Source: Paludibacter sp.
Lineage (GTDB): Bacteria; Bacteroidota; Bacteroidia; Bacteroidales; Paludibacteraceae
Reading direction: 5' to 3'
DNA length: 64,000 bases
Assembly: GCA_028703105.1 (NCBI GenBank)
Contig: JAQVNN010000001.1
Coordinates: forward strand, 1,711-65,710
Position numbers and translations under genes: made by a program. The stretch's first letter is position 1; each line of letters begins with the position of its first letter. The notes beneath the pieces were generated by a model. That model searched no databases. It was not told where the DNA came from and worked only from the letters and a program-made list of their open reading frames with translations. This document shows positions 10,572 through 20,621 of this stretch, piece by piece.

Positions 10572-10582
10572 ATTATCTACCA

Positions 10583-11014
10583 ATGAAAAAGGTTCTTCTA
10601 TTCTGTTTTATGCTTACTTTCCTATTTGGAAACATGTCGTGTGAAGCACAAAGCAAACAAAAACAGCAACAATCAGAAATCGCTGTATCAGACAAAGTTG
10701 ATGTTTATTATTTCCATTACACACGCAGATGTGTAACCTGCAATACCGTTGAGTCAGAAACAAAAAAACATTTGGAGGTTCTTTATCCAGAATTGGTCAA
10801 AAATGGCAAAATCACTTTTACTAGCGTCAATCTTGAAGAAGCAGGCAGTAAAGCCATTGCAGAAAAATGCGGTGCAACAGGACAATCGTTGTTGGTAGTT
10901 TCAGGAAATAAAAAAACGGACCTCACGCAAGCAGGTTTTATGTATGCCCGTAGTCAGCCGGAAAAACTAAAAGCCGAAATTAAATTAACCCTTGACCCGC
11001 TGGTTAAAAAATAA
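10583..11014 (+). CDS. arsF: Exported thioredoxin-fold protein, ArsF family
   Basis: Signal peptide; VYYFHYTRRCVTC CxxC motif; ars context. Confidence 0.72.
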   Translation: MKKVLLFCFMLTFLFGNMSCEAQSKQKQQQSEIAVSDKVDVYYFHYTRRCVTCNTVESETKKHLEVLYPELVKNGKITFTSVNLEEAGSKAIAEKCGATGQSLLVVSGNKKTDLTQAGFMYARSQPEKLKAEIKLTLDPLVKK

Positions 11015-11018
11015 ACGC

Positions 11019-11720
11019 ATGGAGTTCCTTCAAAATATTTTAGAGAATACTGAATATTCAATTGTTGCAGCCTTGGTGCTCGGATTGATGACCGCTATCA
11101 GTCCGTGCCCGTTGGCAACTAATATTTCGGCTATTGGTTTTATCAGTCGGGATATTGAAGATAGCAAACGTGTATTTATGAGTGGATTAGTTTATACGCT
11201 AGGGAGGGTAATTACTTATACAGGACTGGCAGTTATTTTGTATTTTGGTGCTAGTCAGATGCAAATTTCAATGATATTTCAGGGTTGGGGAGAGAAACTG
11301 CTCGGACCAATACTCATCATCATCGGATTGTTTATGTTGGATGTAATTAAACTCAAATTCCCTGGTTTATCCGGATTAACAGAGAAAATCGGTAACCGCA
11401 GCAAAGGTAACTACTGGAGCTCCTTATTGCTCGGGATTGTTTTCGCTCTGGCTTTTTGTCCTTACAGTGGCGTGCTGTATTTCATGATGTTGATACCCAT
11501 GACCATTTCGAGTGCAAGCGGCTTGTTTTTACCCGTTGTTTTCGCAGTGGCTACTGGGATTCCGGTAATAATATTTGCCTGGTTCCTGGCCTATGCCGTA
11601 GGTAATGTTGGAAAATTATACAGTAAAATTAAAACCTTTGAAATTTGGTTTCGGAGGATTGTTTCTGTATTGTTTATCCTGGTTGGACTGTATTATGTTA
11701 TCGATTTATGGATTAAATAA
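11019..11720 (+). CDS. arsG: ArsG-family (DsbD/CcdA-like) membrane protein
   Basis: SPCPLATN and FCPYS paired Cys-Pro motifs, 6+ TM helices; start moved to ATG 11019. Confidence 0.75.
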   Translation: MEFLQNILENTEYSIVAALVLGLMTAISPCPLATNISAIGFISRDIEDSKRVFMSGLVYTLGRVITYTGLAVILYFGASQMQISMIFQGWGEKLLGPILIIIGLFMLDVIKLKFPGLSGLTEKIGNRSKGNYWSSLLLGIVFALAFCPYSGVLYFMMLIPMTISSASGLFLPVVFAVATGIPVIIFAWFLAYAVGNVGKLYSKIKTFEIWFRRIVSVLFILVGLYYVIDLWIK

Positions 11721-11739
11721 GATATTTTTTTATCTCGTT

Positions 11740-11759
11740 ATTTCGAGTTATTACGAAAT
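11740..11759 (+). promoter_or_regulatory. Candidate ArsR operator copy 3
   Basis: ATTTCG-AGTTATTA-CGAAAT, perfect 6-bp inverted repeat upstream of the permease. Confidence 0.6.
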
Positions 11760-11849
11760 GAACTTTACATTAGAAGCAAATTGCAATTAAATTTTTCATT
11801 TACAGAACTGCAACTTTAGCTGTAGTTGATTTATTAATAAACTCACGTT

Positions 11850-13169
11850 ATGGAACTAAAAAAAGAATTAAAAATCCTGTTTGGGATTGTAGTTGTCTTT
11901 CTGGCGGTATTTTTCCTGCCGATTGAAAGTCCGGTCTTTAACACAGCCGTTGTAGCCACATTTGATTTGGCAAAGTGGTACGCACAGGAACATGTTATTT
12001 TATGTTTACTCCCCGCCTTTTTAATAGCTGGGGTGATTTCTGTCTTTGTTAGTCAGGCCTCGGTTATTAAATACTTCGGAGCCAAAGCCAAACGCTGGGT
12101 AGCTTATACTGTTGCTGCTGTCTCGGGAACGATTCTGGCAGTTTGCTCTTGTACAATTCTCCCGCTGTTTTCGAGCATACACAAACGAGGTGCGGGACTT
12201 GGACCAGCAGTAGCATTTTTGTATTCCGGACCTGCTATTAATATCCTTGCCATTATACTGACAGCTCGCATTCTTGGCGTTGAACTTGGCGTTGCCCGAT
12301 TTGTGGGTGCTGTTGTTTTCAGTGTTGTGATTGGTTTAATCATGGCTTTTATTTACAGGAAAGAAGAAAAAGTAAAAGCTGCAGAACAACTGAATTTCCC
12401 GGATGTACCTGAAACCAGGCCCTTGTGGCAGACTTCACTTCATTTCTTCACGCTTGTATTGATCCTTGTTTTTGCTAACTGGGGTAAACCGGCCGAAGGC
12501 GACACAACCAGTTTTTGGTTTTATCTCTGGTCCTACAAATGGTATATTACCGGATTATTTGGATTAGTACTTGTTTATTCTATGATTTACATCCTGAAAC
12601 TGAAAAGCTGGCAAGTATTGCTAGGAGCAGTCGCAACAGGATTAAGTGCCATATTTATTGGCAATCCTTTAATTAGCGTGGTTGTTGCCATTGCTGCCGT
12701 TAGTTCCATTGCCTTGATGGATAAATCGGAAGACGGAGAAAACAAAGAATGGATACTTTCCAGTTGGGGATTTGCCAAACAAATTATGCCGTTGCTCGCA
12801 ATTGGCGTAGTAATTGCCGGTTTTCTGTTAGGTTCTACACATGATGACACAACAATTGCAGGTGTTATTCCGAATACATGGATTGCCTGGGCTGTCGGTG
12901 GGAACTCTGTTCTATCTAACTTTTTAGCATCTATAGTCGGGGCCTTTATGTATTTTGCTACATTAACAGAAGTGCCAATTATTCAGGGATTATTAGCCTC
13001 GGGAATGGGAAAAGGTCCGGCTTTAGCATTATTGCTTGCAGGCCCATCGTTGTCACTACCTAATATGCTTGTTATCCGTGGTGTGCTGGGAACACAGAAA
13101 ACAGCTGTTTATGTGGTGATCGTTGTTGTGCTTTCGACTTGTGCAGGACTTATTTTTGGTGCGCTTTAA
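11850..13169 (+). CDS. arsP: ArsP/DUF318 family permease
   Basis: LAVCSCTILP, FLYSGPAIN, YFATLTEVP, LLAGPSLSLP motifs. Confidence 0.82.
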   Translation: MELKKELKILFGIVVVFLAVFFLPIESPVFNTAVVATFDLAKWYAQEHVILCLLPAFLIAGVISVFVSQASVIKYFGAKAKRWVAYTVAAVSGTILAVCSCTILPLFSSIHKRGAGLGPAVAFLYSGPAINILAIILTARILGVELGVARFVGAVVFSVVIGLIMAFIYRKEEKVKAAEQLNFPDVPETRPLWQTSLHFFTLVLILVFANWGKPAEGDTTSFWFYLWSYKWYITGLFGLVLVYSMIYILKLKSWQVLLGAVATGLSAIFIGNPLISVVVAIAAVSSIALMDKSEDGENKEWILSSWGFAKQIMPLLAIGVVIAGFLLGSTHDDTTIAGVIPNTWIAWAVGGNSVLSNFLASIVGAFMYFATLTEVPIIQGLLASGMGKGPALALLLAGPSLSLPNMLVIRGVLGTQKTAVYVVIVVVLSTCAGLIFGAL

Positions 13170-13224
13170 CATAAATCCGGATATCCCCGGCTGATATGAT
13201 CAAAAACAATTTAAACAAAACAAT

Positions 13225-13380
13225 ATGAAAGTATTAATTCTTTGTACCGGAAATTCATGTCGTAGTCAAATGGCACACGGATGGTTGCAATCGTTCGATG
13301 CGAACATAACGGTATATTCTGCAGGAACACAAGCTTTTTACACGTTTTACATCGAACAAATCAAACAAAACAAAATATAA
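13225..13380 (+). pseudogene. arsC: Truncated arsenate reductase (LMW-PTP fold), 51 aa
   Basis: MKVLILCTGNSCRSQMAHGWLQSFDANITVYSAGT with CX5R loop, then unrelated low-complexity residues and TAA; the full family length is well over 100 aa. Confidence 0.85.
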
Positions 13381-13622
13381 GTTTGACAAAAACCAGTAGA
13401 ATTCATATTGAGAATTGATGATGGGACTCAACAACGAATAATTTTAAATAAGATTAAAAAAATAGTTAAGAGTCCGGTTTAAAACTTAAGGATTTGAAAT
13501 TAAGTGTTATATTTGTGCGTTTTTTTAATTTTTGTGAAGAAATCTGTTGCGGTTTGTAACAAATGATTTCTGGACTTGTATCTAATCGCACCCAGAAAAA
13601 ACAATTTTAAATATTTACTGTT

Positions 13623-13874
13623 ATGCAGCCATTAAATGAAGCAATTTTAATTATGGCCGTTGGAATGATTACGGTGTTTTTTATCCTTTTTTTAATCGTT
13701 CTAATCGGAGATCTAATCATCAGGCTTTCTAACAAGTATTTACCAGAAGAAGCAGTAGCCGTGAAAGCTAAAAAAACAGGAACTTCTTCTGACAATACGA
13801 TGAAAGCCATTGAAGCAGCCATTGACGTAATCACCAATGGCAGAGGGAAAGTAACAAATATAAAAAAAATATAA
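13623..13874 (+). CDS. oadG: Na+-translocating decarboxylase gamma subunit (OadG)
   Basis: Single N-terminal TM (GMITVFFILFLIV), AIEAAI tail; TATATTTG box 13508-13515. Confidence 0.8.
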   Translation: MQPLNEAILIMAVGMITVFFILFLIVLIGDLIIRLSNKYLPEEAVAVKAKKTGTSSDNTMKAIEAAIDVITNGRGKVTNIKKI

Positions 13875-13895
13875 GCGCAATAAATAACGATTTAC

Positions 13896-15746
13896 ATGGA
13901 AAAAGAGATTAAATTTTCGTTGGTTTATCGGGATATGTGGCAAAGTTCCGGGAAATACATGCCGCGGGTGGATCAATTGGTGAGAGTGGCTCCCGAAATT
14001 ATTAAAATGGGCTGTTTTGCCCGTGTTGAAACAAATGGAGGTGGGTTTGAGCAAATCAACCTGCTTTTTGGTGAAAATCCAAATAATGCTGTAAGGCAAT
14101 GGGCGCGTCCGTTCAACGAAGCCGGTATCCAAACTCATATGTTAGACAGGTCGTTAAATGGTCTGAGAATGAGTCCCGTTCCTGCCGACGTGCGAAAATT
14201 GTTTTATAAAGTTAAAAAAGCGCAAGGGGTTGATATTACCCGCTGTTTTTGTGGGTTGAATGACCCCCGTAACATCATCGCATCCATCAAATATGCCAAA
14301 GAAGCCGGGATGATTGCCCAAGCCACCTTGTCGATTACAGTATCCGAGGTTCATAATGAAACATATTATTGTCAACTTGCCGATGAACTGATTGCCAACG
14401 GTGCTGATGAGATCTGTCTGAAAGATATGGCCGGTATTGGAAGGCCGGCAACATTGGGTAAAATTGTCAATTACATTAAAACCAACTATCCTCAAATAGT
14501 GGTTCAATACCATGGCCAAACCGGTCCCGGGTTTACTCCGGCTTCTATTTTAGAAGTGTGTCGCAATGGCTGCGATATCATCGATGTGGGTATGGAACCG
14601 CTTTCCTGGGGAACCGGACATGCGGATGTGATTATGGTGCGTGAGATGTTGGTTGATGCAGGTTTTAAAGTGCCTGAAATTGACATGGCTGCTTATATGC
14701 GTGTCAGGGCGTTGACCCAGGAATTTATGGATGATTTTCTGGGATATTTTATTCCTGAATCAAACAGGCGGCTCCAGTCGTTGCTGATTGCCTCCGGTTT
14801 ACCGGGTGGCATGATGGGTAGTTTAATGAATGATTTGAAAGATAATCTTGTTAGCATCAATAAATCAATGGCGAAGAAAGGAGAACCTGAGCTTACCATT
14901 GATGAATTGTTGATTAAGTTATTCGATGAAGTTGCTTATGTATGGCCACGGGTAGGATATCCTCCGCTTGTTACCCCATTCTCTCAATACGTCAAGAACC
15001 TGGCTATGTTCAACATCATGCAGTTGAGTAAAGGCAAGGAGCGCTGGACCATGATTGCCGATAGTATTTGGGATATGATTCTGGGTAAAGCCGGAAAATT
15101 GCCGGGAGACGTAGATCCGATTATCAAAGAACTGGCAAAAGAACAAGGTCGTGAGTTTTACGATGGAGATCCTCAGTCATTATATCCGGATAAACTGGAA
15201 GAATTTAGAAAGGAAATGGCTGAAAATGGATGGGAAAATGGACCGGATGATGAAGAATTATTCGAATTAGCCATGCATCCTGAACAATACAGGGCATATA
15301 AATCAGGTAAAGCAAAAGCCGATTTTGAAGCCGAGTTGACAGCAGCAAAAGTAAAAAAGGATGCTATGCCTGCTTCTACCCTAATTGAACCGCAAACAGT
15401 TCAGGTAGAGGTGAACGGAGAAAAGTTCCTGGTCAATATAGCGTATGGAGATGCTGCAACCAACACTGCCTCTGCAAAATCAGAAGTTTCAAATCCCGTG
15501 TCATCGACTGGAGAAGTTCACAATGTAATCGCTCCGTTGGAAGGTAAATTCTATCTTACCAACAGTTCAGCTGAAATCCCGGTGAAAATTGGAGATGTTG
15601 TTGGGAAAGGAGATTTGTTGTGTTATATTGAATCAATGAAAACATATAACGCCATAACAGCGGATAAAGCTGGTAGAATTGATGAAATTGCTTTTGTTAA
15701 TGGAGACTCCGTTGATGAAGATGATGTGTTATTTAAACTTCAATAA
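13896..15746 (+). CDS. oadA: Oxaloacetate decarboxylase alpha-like carboxyltransferase fused to a biotinyl domain
   Basis: RDMWQS, LKDMAG, LVTPFSQ and ESMKT biotin-attachment motifs. Confidence 0.85.
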   Translation: MEKEIKFSLVYRDMWQSSGKYMPRVDQLVRVAPEIIKMGCFARVETNGGGFEQINLLFGENPNNAVRQWARPFNEAGIQTHMLDRSLNGLRMSPVPADVRKLFYKVKKAQGVDITRCFCGLNDPRNIIASIKYAKEAGMIAQATLSITVSEVHNETYYCQLADELIANGADEICLKDMAGIGRPATLGKIVNYIKTNYPQIVVQYHGQTGPGFTPASILEVCRNGCDIIDVGMEPLSWGTGHADVIMVREMLVDAGFKVPEIDMAAYMRVRALTQEFMDDFLGYFIPESNRRLQSLLIASGLPGGMMGSLMNDLKDNLVSINKSMAKKGEPELTIDELLIKLFDEVAYVWPRVGYPPLVTPFSQYVKNLAMFNIMQLSKGKERWTMIADSIWDMILGKAGKLPGDVDPIIKELAKEQGREFYDGDPQSLYPDKLEEFRKEMAENGWENGPDDEELFELAMHPEQYRAYKSGKAKADFEAELTAAKVKKDAMPASTLIEPQTVQVEVNGEKFLVNIAYGDAATNTASAKSEVSNPVSSTGEVHNVIAPLEGKFYLTNSSAEIPVKIGDVVGKGDLLCYIESMKTYNAITADKAGRIDEIAFVNGDSVDEDDVLFKLQ

Positions 15747-15751
15747 CCAGA

Positions 15752-16960
15752 ATGGAAGAAATACTGTCAAAATTATATAGAATGACTGCTTTCGGAGGTT
15801 TTTCCTTTGAAGTTGTCCTGATGTGGTTTATTGCTTTTGTGTTGCTCTATTTGGGTATCCGGAAAAAGTATGAACCCCTGTTGTTGGTTCCTATTGCATT
15901 TGGTGTGCTGTTGGCTAATTTTCCGGGAGGAGGGATGGGCATTGTTCCTGCCGAGAATATAGCGTTGGAAGGTCACCGGTACAAAAATCTGTTTGAGATT
16001 GCCAGTGAATATGGCATCATGAATTATTTGTATTACAGCCTGATAAAAACCGGGTTTTTACCTCCGATTATATTCATGGGTGTGGGGGCTTTGACTGATT
16101 TTGGACCCATGCTCCGAAACCTGAAACTAGCCTTGTTTGGTGCAGCGGCACAAATAGGTATTTTCACGGTACTGATTGTTTCGTTACTCTTAGGTTTTAA
16201 CCTCAATGAAGCTGCATCGCTGGGTATTATCGGGGGAGCTGATGGCCCTACTGCAATCTACACAACAATTAAGTTAGCGCCGCATTTACTCGGACCTATC
16301 GCCATTGCAGCTTATTCCTATATGGCGCTTGTTCCGGTTATTATTCCCTTTGTTGCGAATTTGTTAATGACAAAAAAGGAGTTTAAAATCAATATGCGCC
16401 AAATGGACAAGCTGTATCCTCCCAAGCATAAGATTAAGAACCTTAAAGTAGTTAAGATTATATTTCCTATTGTACTGGGCTGTGTGTCTGCTATCTTTGT
16501 TCCTTCATCGGTGCCTTTGCTGGGGATGTTGCTGTTTGGAAACCTTATTAAAGAAATCGGAACGTCAACACTCCGTTTATCAGAAGCTGCAACAGGACCC
16601 ATCATGAATACAGCCACGATTTTTCTTGGATTGACAGTTGGTGCGACCATGACAGCTGATGTTTTTCTTTCACCTAAAACTTTGGGAATTGTGGTGGGAG
16701 GATTTATTGCTTTTGCCATTTCAATCGCTGGTGGTATTTTAGCGGTTAAAGTGTATAATCTTTTTGCCAAGAAGAAGATAAATCCGCTGATTGGAGCTAC
16801 TGGCTTGAGCGCAGTACCTATGGCTTCAAGGGTTGCAAATGAAATAGCCTTGAAACATGATTCGAATAACCATATTTTGCAATACTGTATGGCAAGTAAT
16901 ATCTCTGGTGTTATTGGTTCAGCAGTTGCTGCGGGGGTTCTTATCTCGCTGTTATCGTAA
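15752..16960 (+). CDS. oadB: Na+-translocating decarboxylase beta subunit
   Basis: YEPLLLVPIAFG, IIGGADGPT, AAYSYMALVP, VPMASRV. Confidence 0.95.
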   Translation: MEEILSKLYRMTAFGGFSFEVVLMWFIAFVLLYLGIRKKYEPLLLVPIAFGVLLANFPGGGMGIVPAENIALEGHRYKNLFEIASEYGIMNYLYYSLIKTGFLPPIIFMGVGALTDFGPMLRNLKLALFGAAAQIGIFTVLIVSLLLGFNLNEAASLGIIGGADGPTAIYTTIKLAPHLLGPIAIAAYSYMALVPVIIPFVANLLMTKKEFKINMRQMDKLYPPKHKIKNLKVVKIIFPIVLGCVSAIFVPSSVPLLGMLLFGNLIKEIGTSTLRLSEAATGPIMNTATIFLGLTVGATMTADVFLSPKTLGIVVGGFIAFAISIAGGILAVKVYNLFAKKKINPLIGATGLSAVPMASRVANEIALKHDSNNHILQYCMASNISGVIGSAVAAGVLISLLS

Positions 16961-16980
16961 GATATTTTGATCAACATTAT

Positions 16981-17020
16981 AAAGCCCGTAAATCAACGAA
17001 TGAATTTACGGGCTTTTTAT
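16981..17020 (+). terminator. Intrinsic terminator of oadGAB (possibly bidirectional)
   Basis: AAAGCCCGTAAAT / ATTTACGGGCTTT 13-bp perfect stem plus T run. Confidence 0.85.
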
Positions 17021-17044
17021 TCTTGTTTGTGTATAACAAATATT

Positions 17045-17104
17045 GTATTAATTCTTTTTACAGGCGACTCATGCCGTAGTCAGATGGCGCATAGATGCTT
17101 ATAA
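17045..17104 (+). pseudogene. arsC: Second, eroded arsC 5' remnant
   Basis: VLILFTGDSCRSQMAHRCL*; 45/56 nt identical to 13231-13286; no start codon; catalytic Cys changed to Phe. Confidence 0.7.
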
Positions 17105-17140
17105 TTGCCAATAAAACCGCCTGGGAATAAGGATATTGGA

Positions 17141-18115
17141 TTAGAAACCAGTCGCTTTTAATCCCAGTCCCGCTTTTTCATCCAGTCCAAACATCAGGTT
17201 CATATTCTGAACGGCTTGTCCCGATGCCCCTTTTATTAGGTTATCTATCATGGATATAATGAGTAATTTATCTCCGTGTTTTTCGAGATAAATAATGGCT
17301 TTGTTGGTATTAACGACTTGTTTTAAATCCGGATTCTGAGTGGTGATAAAGGAAAAAGCGGCATCTTTGTAATATCCTTGATAAAGACGATTTGCCTCTT
17401 CTATCGACAAATCACATTGGGTATAAGTAGTAACATAAATGCCACGGGTGAAGTTACCCCTGACCGGAATAAAGTTCAATGATTTATTGAAATCTGGTTG
17501 CAATTGTTTCAAAGATTGTCCGATCTCCTGTAAATGCTGATGTCCGAAAGGTTTATAAATAGAAATATTGTTGTTTCTCCAGCTGAAATGTGAGGTTGAT
17601 GATGGTTTAACCCCTGCTCCGGTTGAACCTGTAATGGCATTGACATGAATTTCATTTTTTAGCAAACCTTTCGATGCCAATGGTAATAAAGCCACCTGGA
17701 TCGCGGTAGCAAAACACCCGGGATTGGCAACATGCATGGCTTTTTTTATAGCTTCCCGGTTCAGTTCGGGTAAACCATATACAAACTCATGGTCCGGACT
17801 TTTAGCCCGGTAATCTGTCGATAGATCGATGATTTTTACCTTTTGCGGAACCTCATTTGCTTCAATAAATTTTTTGCTGTTGCCATGAGCGGAACAAAGG
17901 AATAGCGCATCAACTTTATCCAAAGGTAAATCCGATGTAAAAGTCAGATCAGTTTCACCAATCAGTCCGCTGTGAACTGCGGTAATCGGATTACCTGCAT
18001 TGCTACTACTATTTACGAATACAATTTCAACATTGGGATGATAAATGAGTATTCTGAGCAATTCTCCTGCGGTATAGCCTGCGCCACCAATTACGCCAAT
18101 TTTGATTTTTTGCAT
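17141..18115 (-). CDS. argC: N-acetyl-gamma-glutamyl-phosphate reductase
   Basis: GGAGYTAGEL, ANPGCFAT catalytic Cys, DNLIKGASGQA. Confidence 0.96.
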   Translation of the reverse strand: MQKIKIGVIGGAGYTAGELLRILIYHPNVEIVFVNSSSNAGNPITAVHSGLIGETDLTFTSDLPLDKVDALFLCSAHGNSKKFIEANEVPQKVKIIDLSTDYRAKSPDHEFVYGLPELNREAIKKAMHVANPGCFATAIQVALLPLASKGLLKNEIHVNAITGSTGAGVKPSSTSHFSWRNNNISIYKPFGHQHLQEIGQSLKQLQPDFNKSLNFIPVRGNFTRGIYVTTYTQCDLSIEEANRLYQGYYKDAAFSFITTQNPDLKQVVNTNKAIIYLEKHGDKLLIISMIDNLIKGASGQAVQNMNLMFGLDEKAGLGLKATGF

Positions 18116-18135
18116 ATGTTCTGGTTCTAATGTAG

Positions 18136-18813
18136 TTATTCGTTTAATAAATCCGGTCTCAACTGCTTAGTCCTTTCCAACGATTGATCATGCATCCATT
18201 CTTCAATTTTAGCCTGATGACCCGATAATAAGATTTCAGGAACTTTCCACCCCTTATAATCTGCCGGACGGGTATATACGGGCGGGGCCAGTAAATTATC
18301 CTGAAAAGAATCCGATAAAGCCGATGTTTCATCGCTGATAGCTCCTGGAATGAGCCGGACAATCGCATCAGCCATCATAACGGCCGGAATTTCTCCTCCG
18401 GTCAGAACAACATCTCCGATGCTGATTTCCCTCGTAATTAGATGCTCTCTGATTCTGTGGTCAATTCCTTTATAATGACCACACAAAATGATGAGATTTC
18501 GAGTCAGTGACAAACGGTTTGCCATTGGCTGATCAAATTTTTCTCCATCAGGAGAGGTGTAAATAATCTCATCGTAATTTCTCTCCGATTTCAGTCTGGT
18601 AATAATGCGATCAACCGGTTCAATCATCAACACCATACCGGCGCCAAATCCATAAGCATAATCATCCACGTGGCGGTGCTTATCGGTTGAATAATCGCGC
18701 AAATTGTGTACGTAAATTTCTACCAAACTTTTTTTCTGAGCTCTTTTGAGGATAGAGAAGTTCAGTGGACTATACAGCAATTCGGGAACGGCAGAAATAA
18801 TGTCGATACGCAT
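18136..18813 (-). CDS. trmD: tRNA (guanine37-N1)-methyltransferase
   Basis: [34 protein letters not shown]; TACTTTTG box on minus strand near 18833-18840. Confidence 0.96.
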   Translation of the reverse strand: MRIDIISAVPELLYSPLNFSILKRAQKKSLVEIYVHNLRDYSTDKHRHVDDYAYGFGAGMVLMIEPVDRIITRLKSERNYDEIIYTSPDGEKFDQPMANRLSLTRNLIILCGHYKGIDHRIREHLITREISIGDVVLTGGEIPAVMMADAIVRLIPGAISDETSALSDSFQDNLLAPPVYTRPADYKGWKVPEILLSGHQAKIEEWMHDQSLERTKQLRPDLLNE

Positions 18814-18856
18814 TTTACTCGTTTTGAAAATGCAAAAGTACAAAAAAATGATGTAA

Positions 18857-19789
18857 TCACAGATTTGCAGCCAGCCATTTTCTCATTTCTTCCGGCGATT
18901 TGTTTCTCCGGCGGGCATAATCAGTCAGTTGTTGCTCATCAATTTTCCCGATCATGAAGTATTTTGATTGAGGGTGAGCAAAGTAAAAGCCGCATACAGA
19001 TGCGTTCGGGTACATGGCTCCGTTTTCTGTTAGTTGTATTCCAATGTTATTGAATTTGATCAAAGGGTCGAGATCAAAGATAACCGATTGATCCGGAAGA
19101 GATGGATAGCCAACGGCCGGTCTTATACCCCGGTAATGCACCTTGAACATTTCTTCATAATCTACCTTTTCATGCGGAGCATAGCCCCAGTATCTGGTGC
19201 GTACCTGATAATGTAACCACTCTGCAGTAGCCTCCGCAATACGGTCGGAAAGGGTTTTTGCTATCAGCGCACTATAAACATCGTCTTTTTGCTCATAAGC
19301 TTTGGCAAAAGCTTCAACACCCAACACAGTATTGGCAAAAACACCGATATAATCTCCCTTGGGGTCAATAAAATCTGCAAGGGAGTAACAAAATCCGTCG
19401 TTTGAAGGTTTTTGTTGCCGGAGTGTTGGAATGCGATATTCATTTCCTTGATGAAAAATAACAATATCGTCGCCGTTCGTGCTGGCAGGATAAAACCCTA
19501 TAGAAGCATTGATTTGTAATACGTTTTTATCCCTGAATTCTCTTAATATTGCCTGAGCATCTTTGAATAATTTAATGGCTTCTGCTGCTTTCGTTTGCTC
19601 TTCTTCTGCAAATTTCTGTAACCATCCTGTTTTACATGAATCGCAATCACAAACTGTTTCAATGCCTTCAAACTTACCCGGTATGCGCCAGGCCATGAAA
19701 AAGAAAGACCAGTGGATATAGGGGACAATTTCACTGAGCGGGATGTTTTTAATCTCGATTAAACCGATATTTTTGGGGGTTTCGTGCAT
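18857..19789 (-). CDS. Stand-alone cobalamin-dependent methionine synthase activation (AdoMet-binding) domain
   Basis: [44 protein letters not shown]; only the MetH C-terminal region is present. Confidence 0.85.
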   Translation of the reverse strand: MHETPKNIGLIEIKNIPLSEIVPYIHWSFFFMAWRIPGKFEGIETVCDCDSCKTGWLQKFAEEEQTKAAEAIKLFKDAQAILREFRDKNVLQINASIGFYPASTNGDDIVIFHQGNEYRIPTLRQQKPSNDGFCYSLADFIDPKGDYIGVFANTVLGVEAFAKAYEQKDDVYSALIAKTLSDRIAEATAEWLHYQVRTRYWGYAPHEKVDYEEMFKVHYRGIRPAVGYPSLPDQSVIFDLDPLIKFNNIGIQLTENGAMYPNASVCGFYFAHPQSKYFMIGKIDEQQLTDYARRRNKSPEEMRKWLAANL

Positions 19790-19811
19790 TATTTACAACA
19801 TTAAAAAATAA

Positions 19812-20621
19812 TCAGACCATCATGACCAAGCTAAGTGCCATTATAGCCATACCGGCGATAAGACCGTAAATAGCTATATGGTGTTCGCCATACTCTTCTG
19901 CAGTTGGTAACAGTTCATCCAACGAAATATAAACCATGATACCTGCAACAGCTGAAAAGATAAAACCGAAGGCAGCTTCAGTAAAAAACCATTTCAGCAG
20001 GAAAAAGCCGATAATTGCTCCGATGGGCTCAGCAAGTCCAGAAAGAAATGATAGAACAAAAGCTTTCTTTTTATTCCCTGTGGCGTAATACACCGGAGCA
20101 GAGATGGCAAGACCTTCCGGGATGTTGTGAATAGCAATGGCTACTGCAATGCTCACTCCTAAAGTTGGATTGGTCATCCCGGCCATAAAGGTAGCCAATC
20201 CTTCGGGAAAGTTGTGTATGCCTATAGCCAGCGCAGAAAACAATCCCATGCGCATTAATTTGCTTTTGTCTTTTTTCCCGGGATTATCATAATCTTTGGT
20301 TTTGTTAATTTCATGAGGGTTTTCTCCCGATGGAATTAATTTATCAATAACACCTATCAGCGCAATACCGGCAAAAAACCCTAACACGGTAAACCAATAA
20401 CCGGGTTTTTCTCCGAATTCGATTACCAACGAATCTTTTGCTTTGACAAAAATTTCAATTAAAGAGACATAAATCATCACACCGGCAGAAAATCCAAGAG
20501 AGGCAGCCAGAAATTTCGGGTTAAATTTTTTGTGCAAAAATCCGATTAAACTCCCGATCCCCGTCGCCAGCCCGGCGAAAAGTGTAAGTCCGAATGCAAA
20601 AAGGAAATTTGAAGTATCCAT
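19812..20621 (-). CDS. zupT: ZIP-family zinc transporter
   Basis: [22 protein letters not shown] motifs; TACCTTTG box on minus strand 20647-20654. Confidence 0.92.
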   Translation of the reverse strand: MDTSNFLFAFGLTLFAGLATGIGSLIGFLHKKFNPKFLAASLGFSAGVMIYVSLIEIFVKAKDSLVIEFGEKPGYWFTVLGFFAGIALIGVIDKLIPSGENPHEINKTKDYDNPGKKDKSKLMRMGLFSALAIGIHNFPEGLATFMAGMTNPTLGVSIAVAIAIHNIPEGLAISAPVYYATGNKKKAFVLSFLSGLAEPIGAIIGFFLLKWFFTEAAFGFIFSAVAGIMVYISLDELLPTAEEYGEHHIAIYGLIAGMAIMALSLVMMV

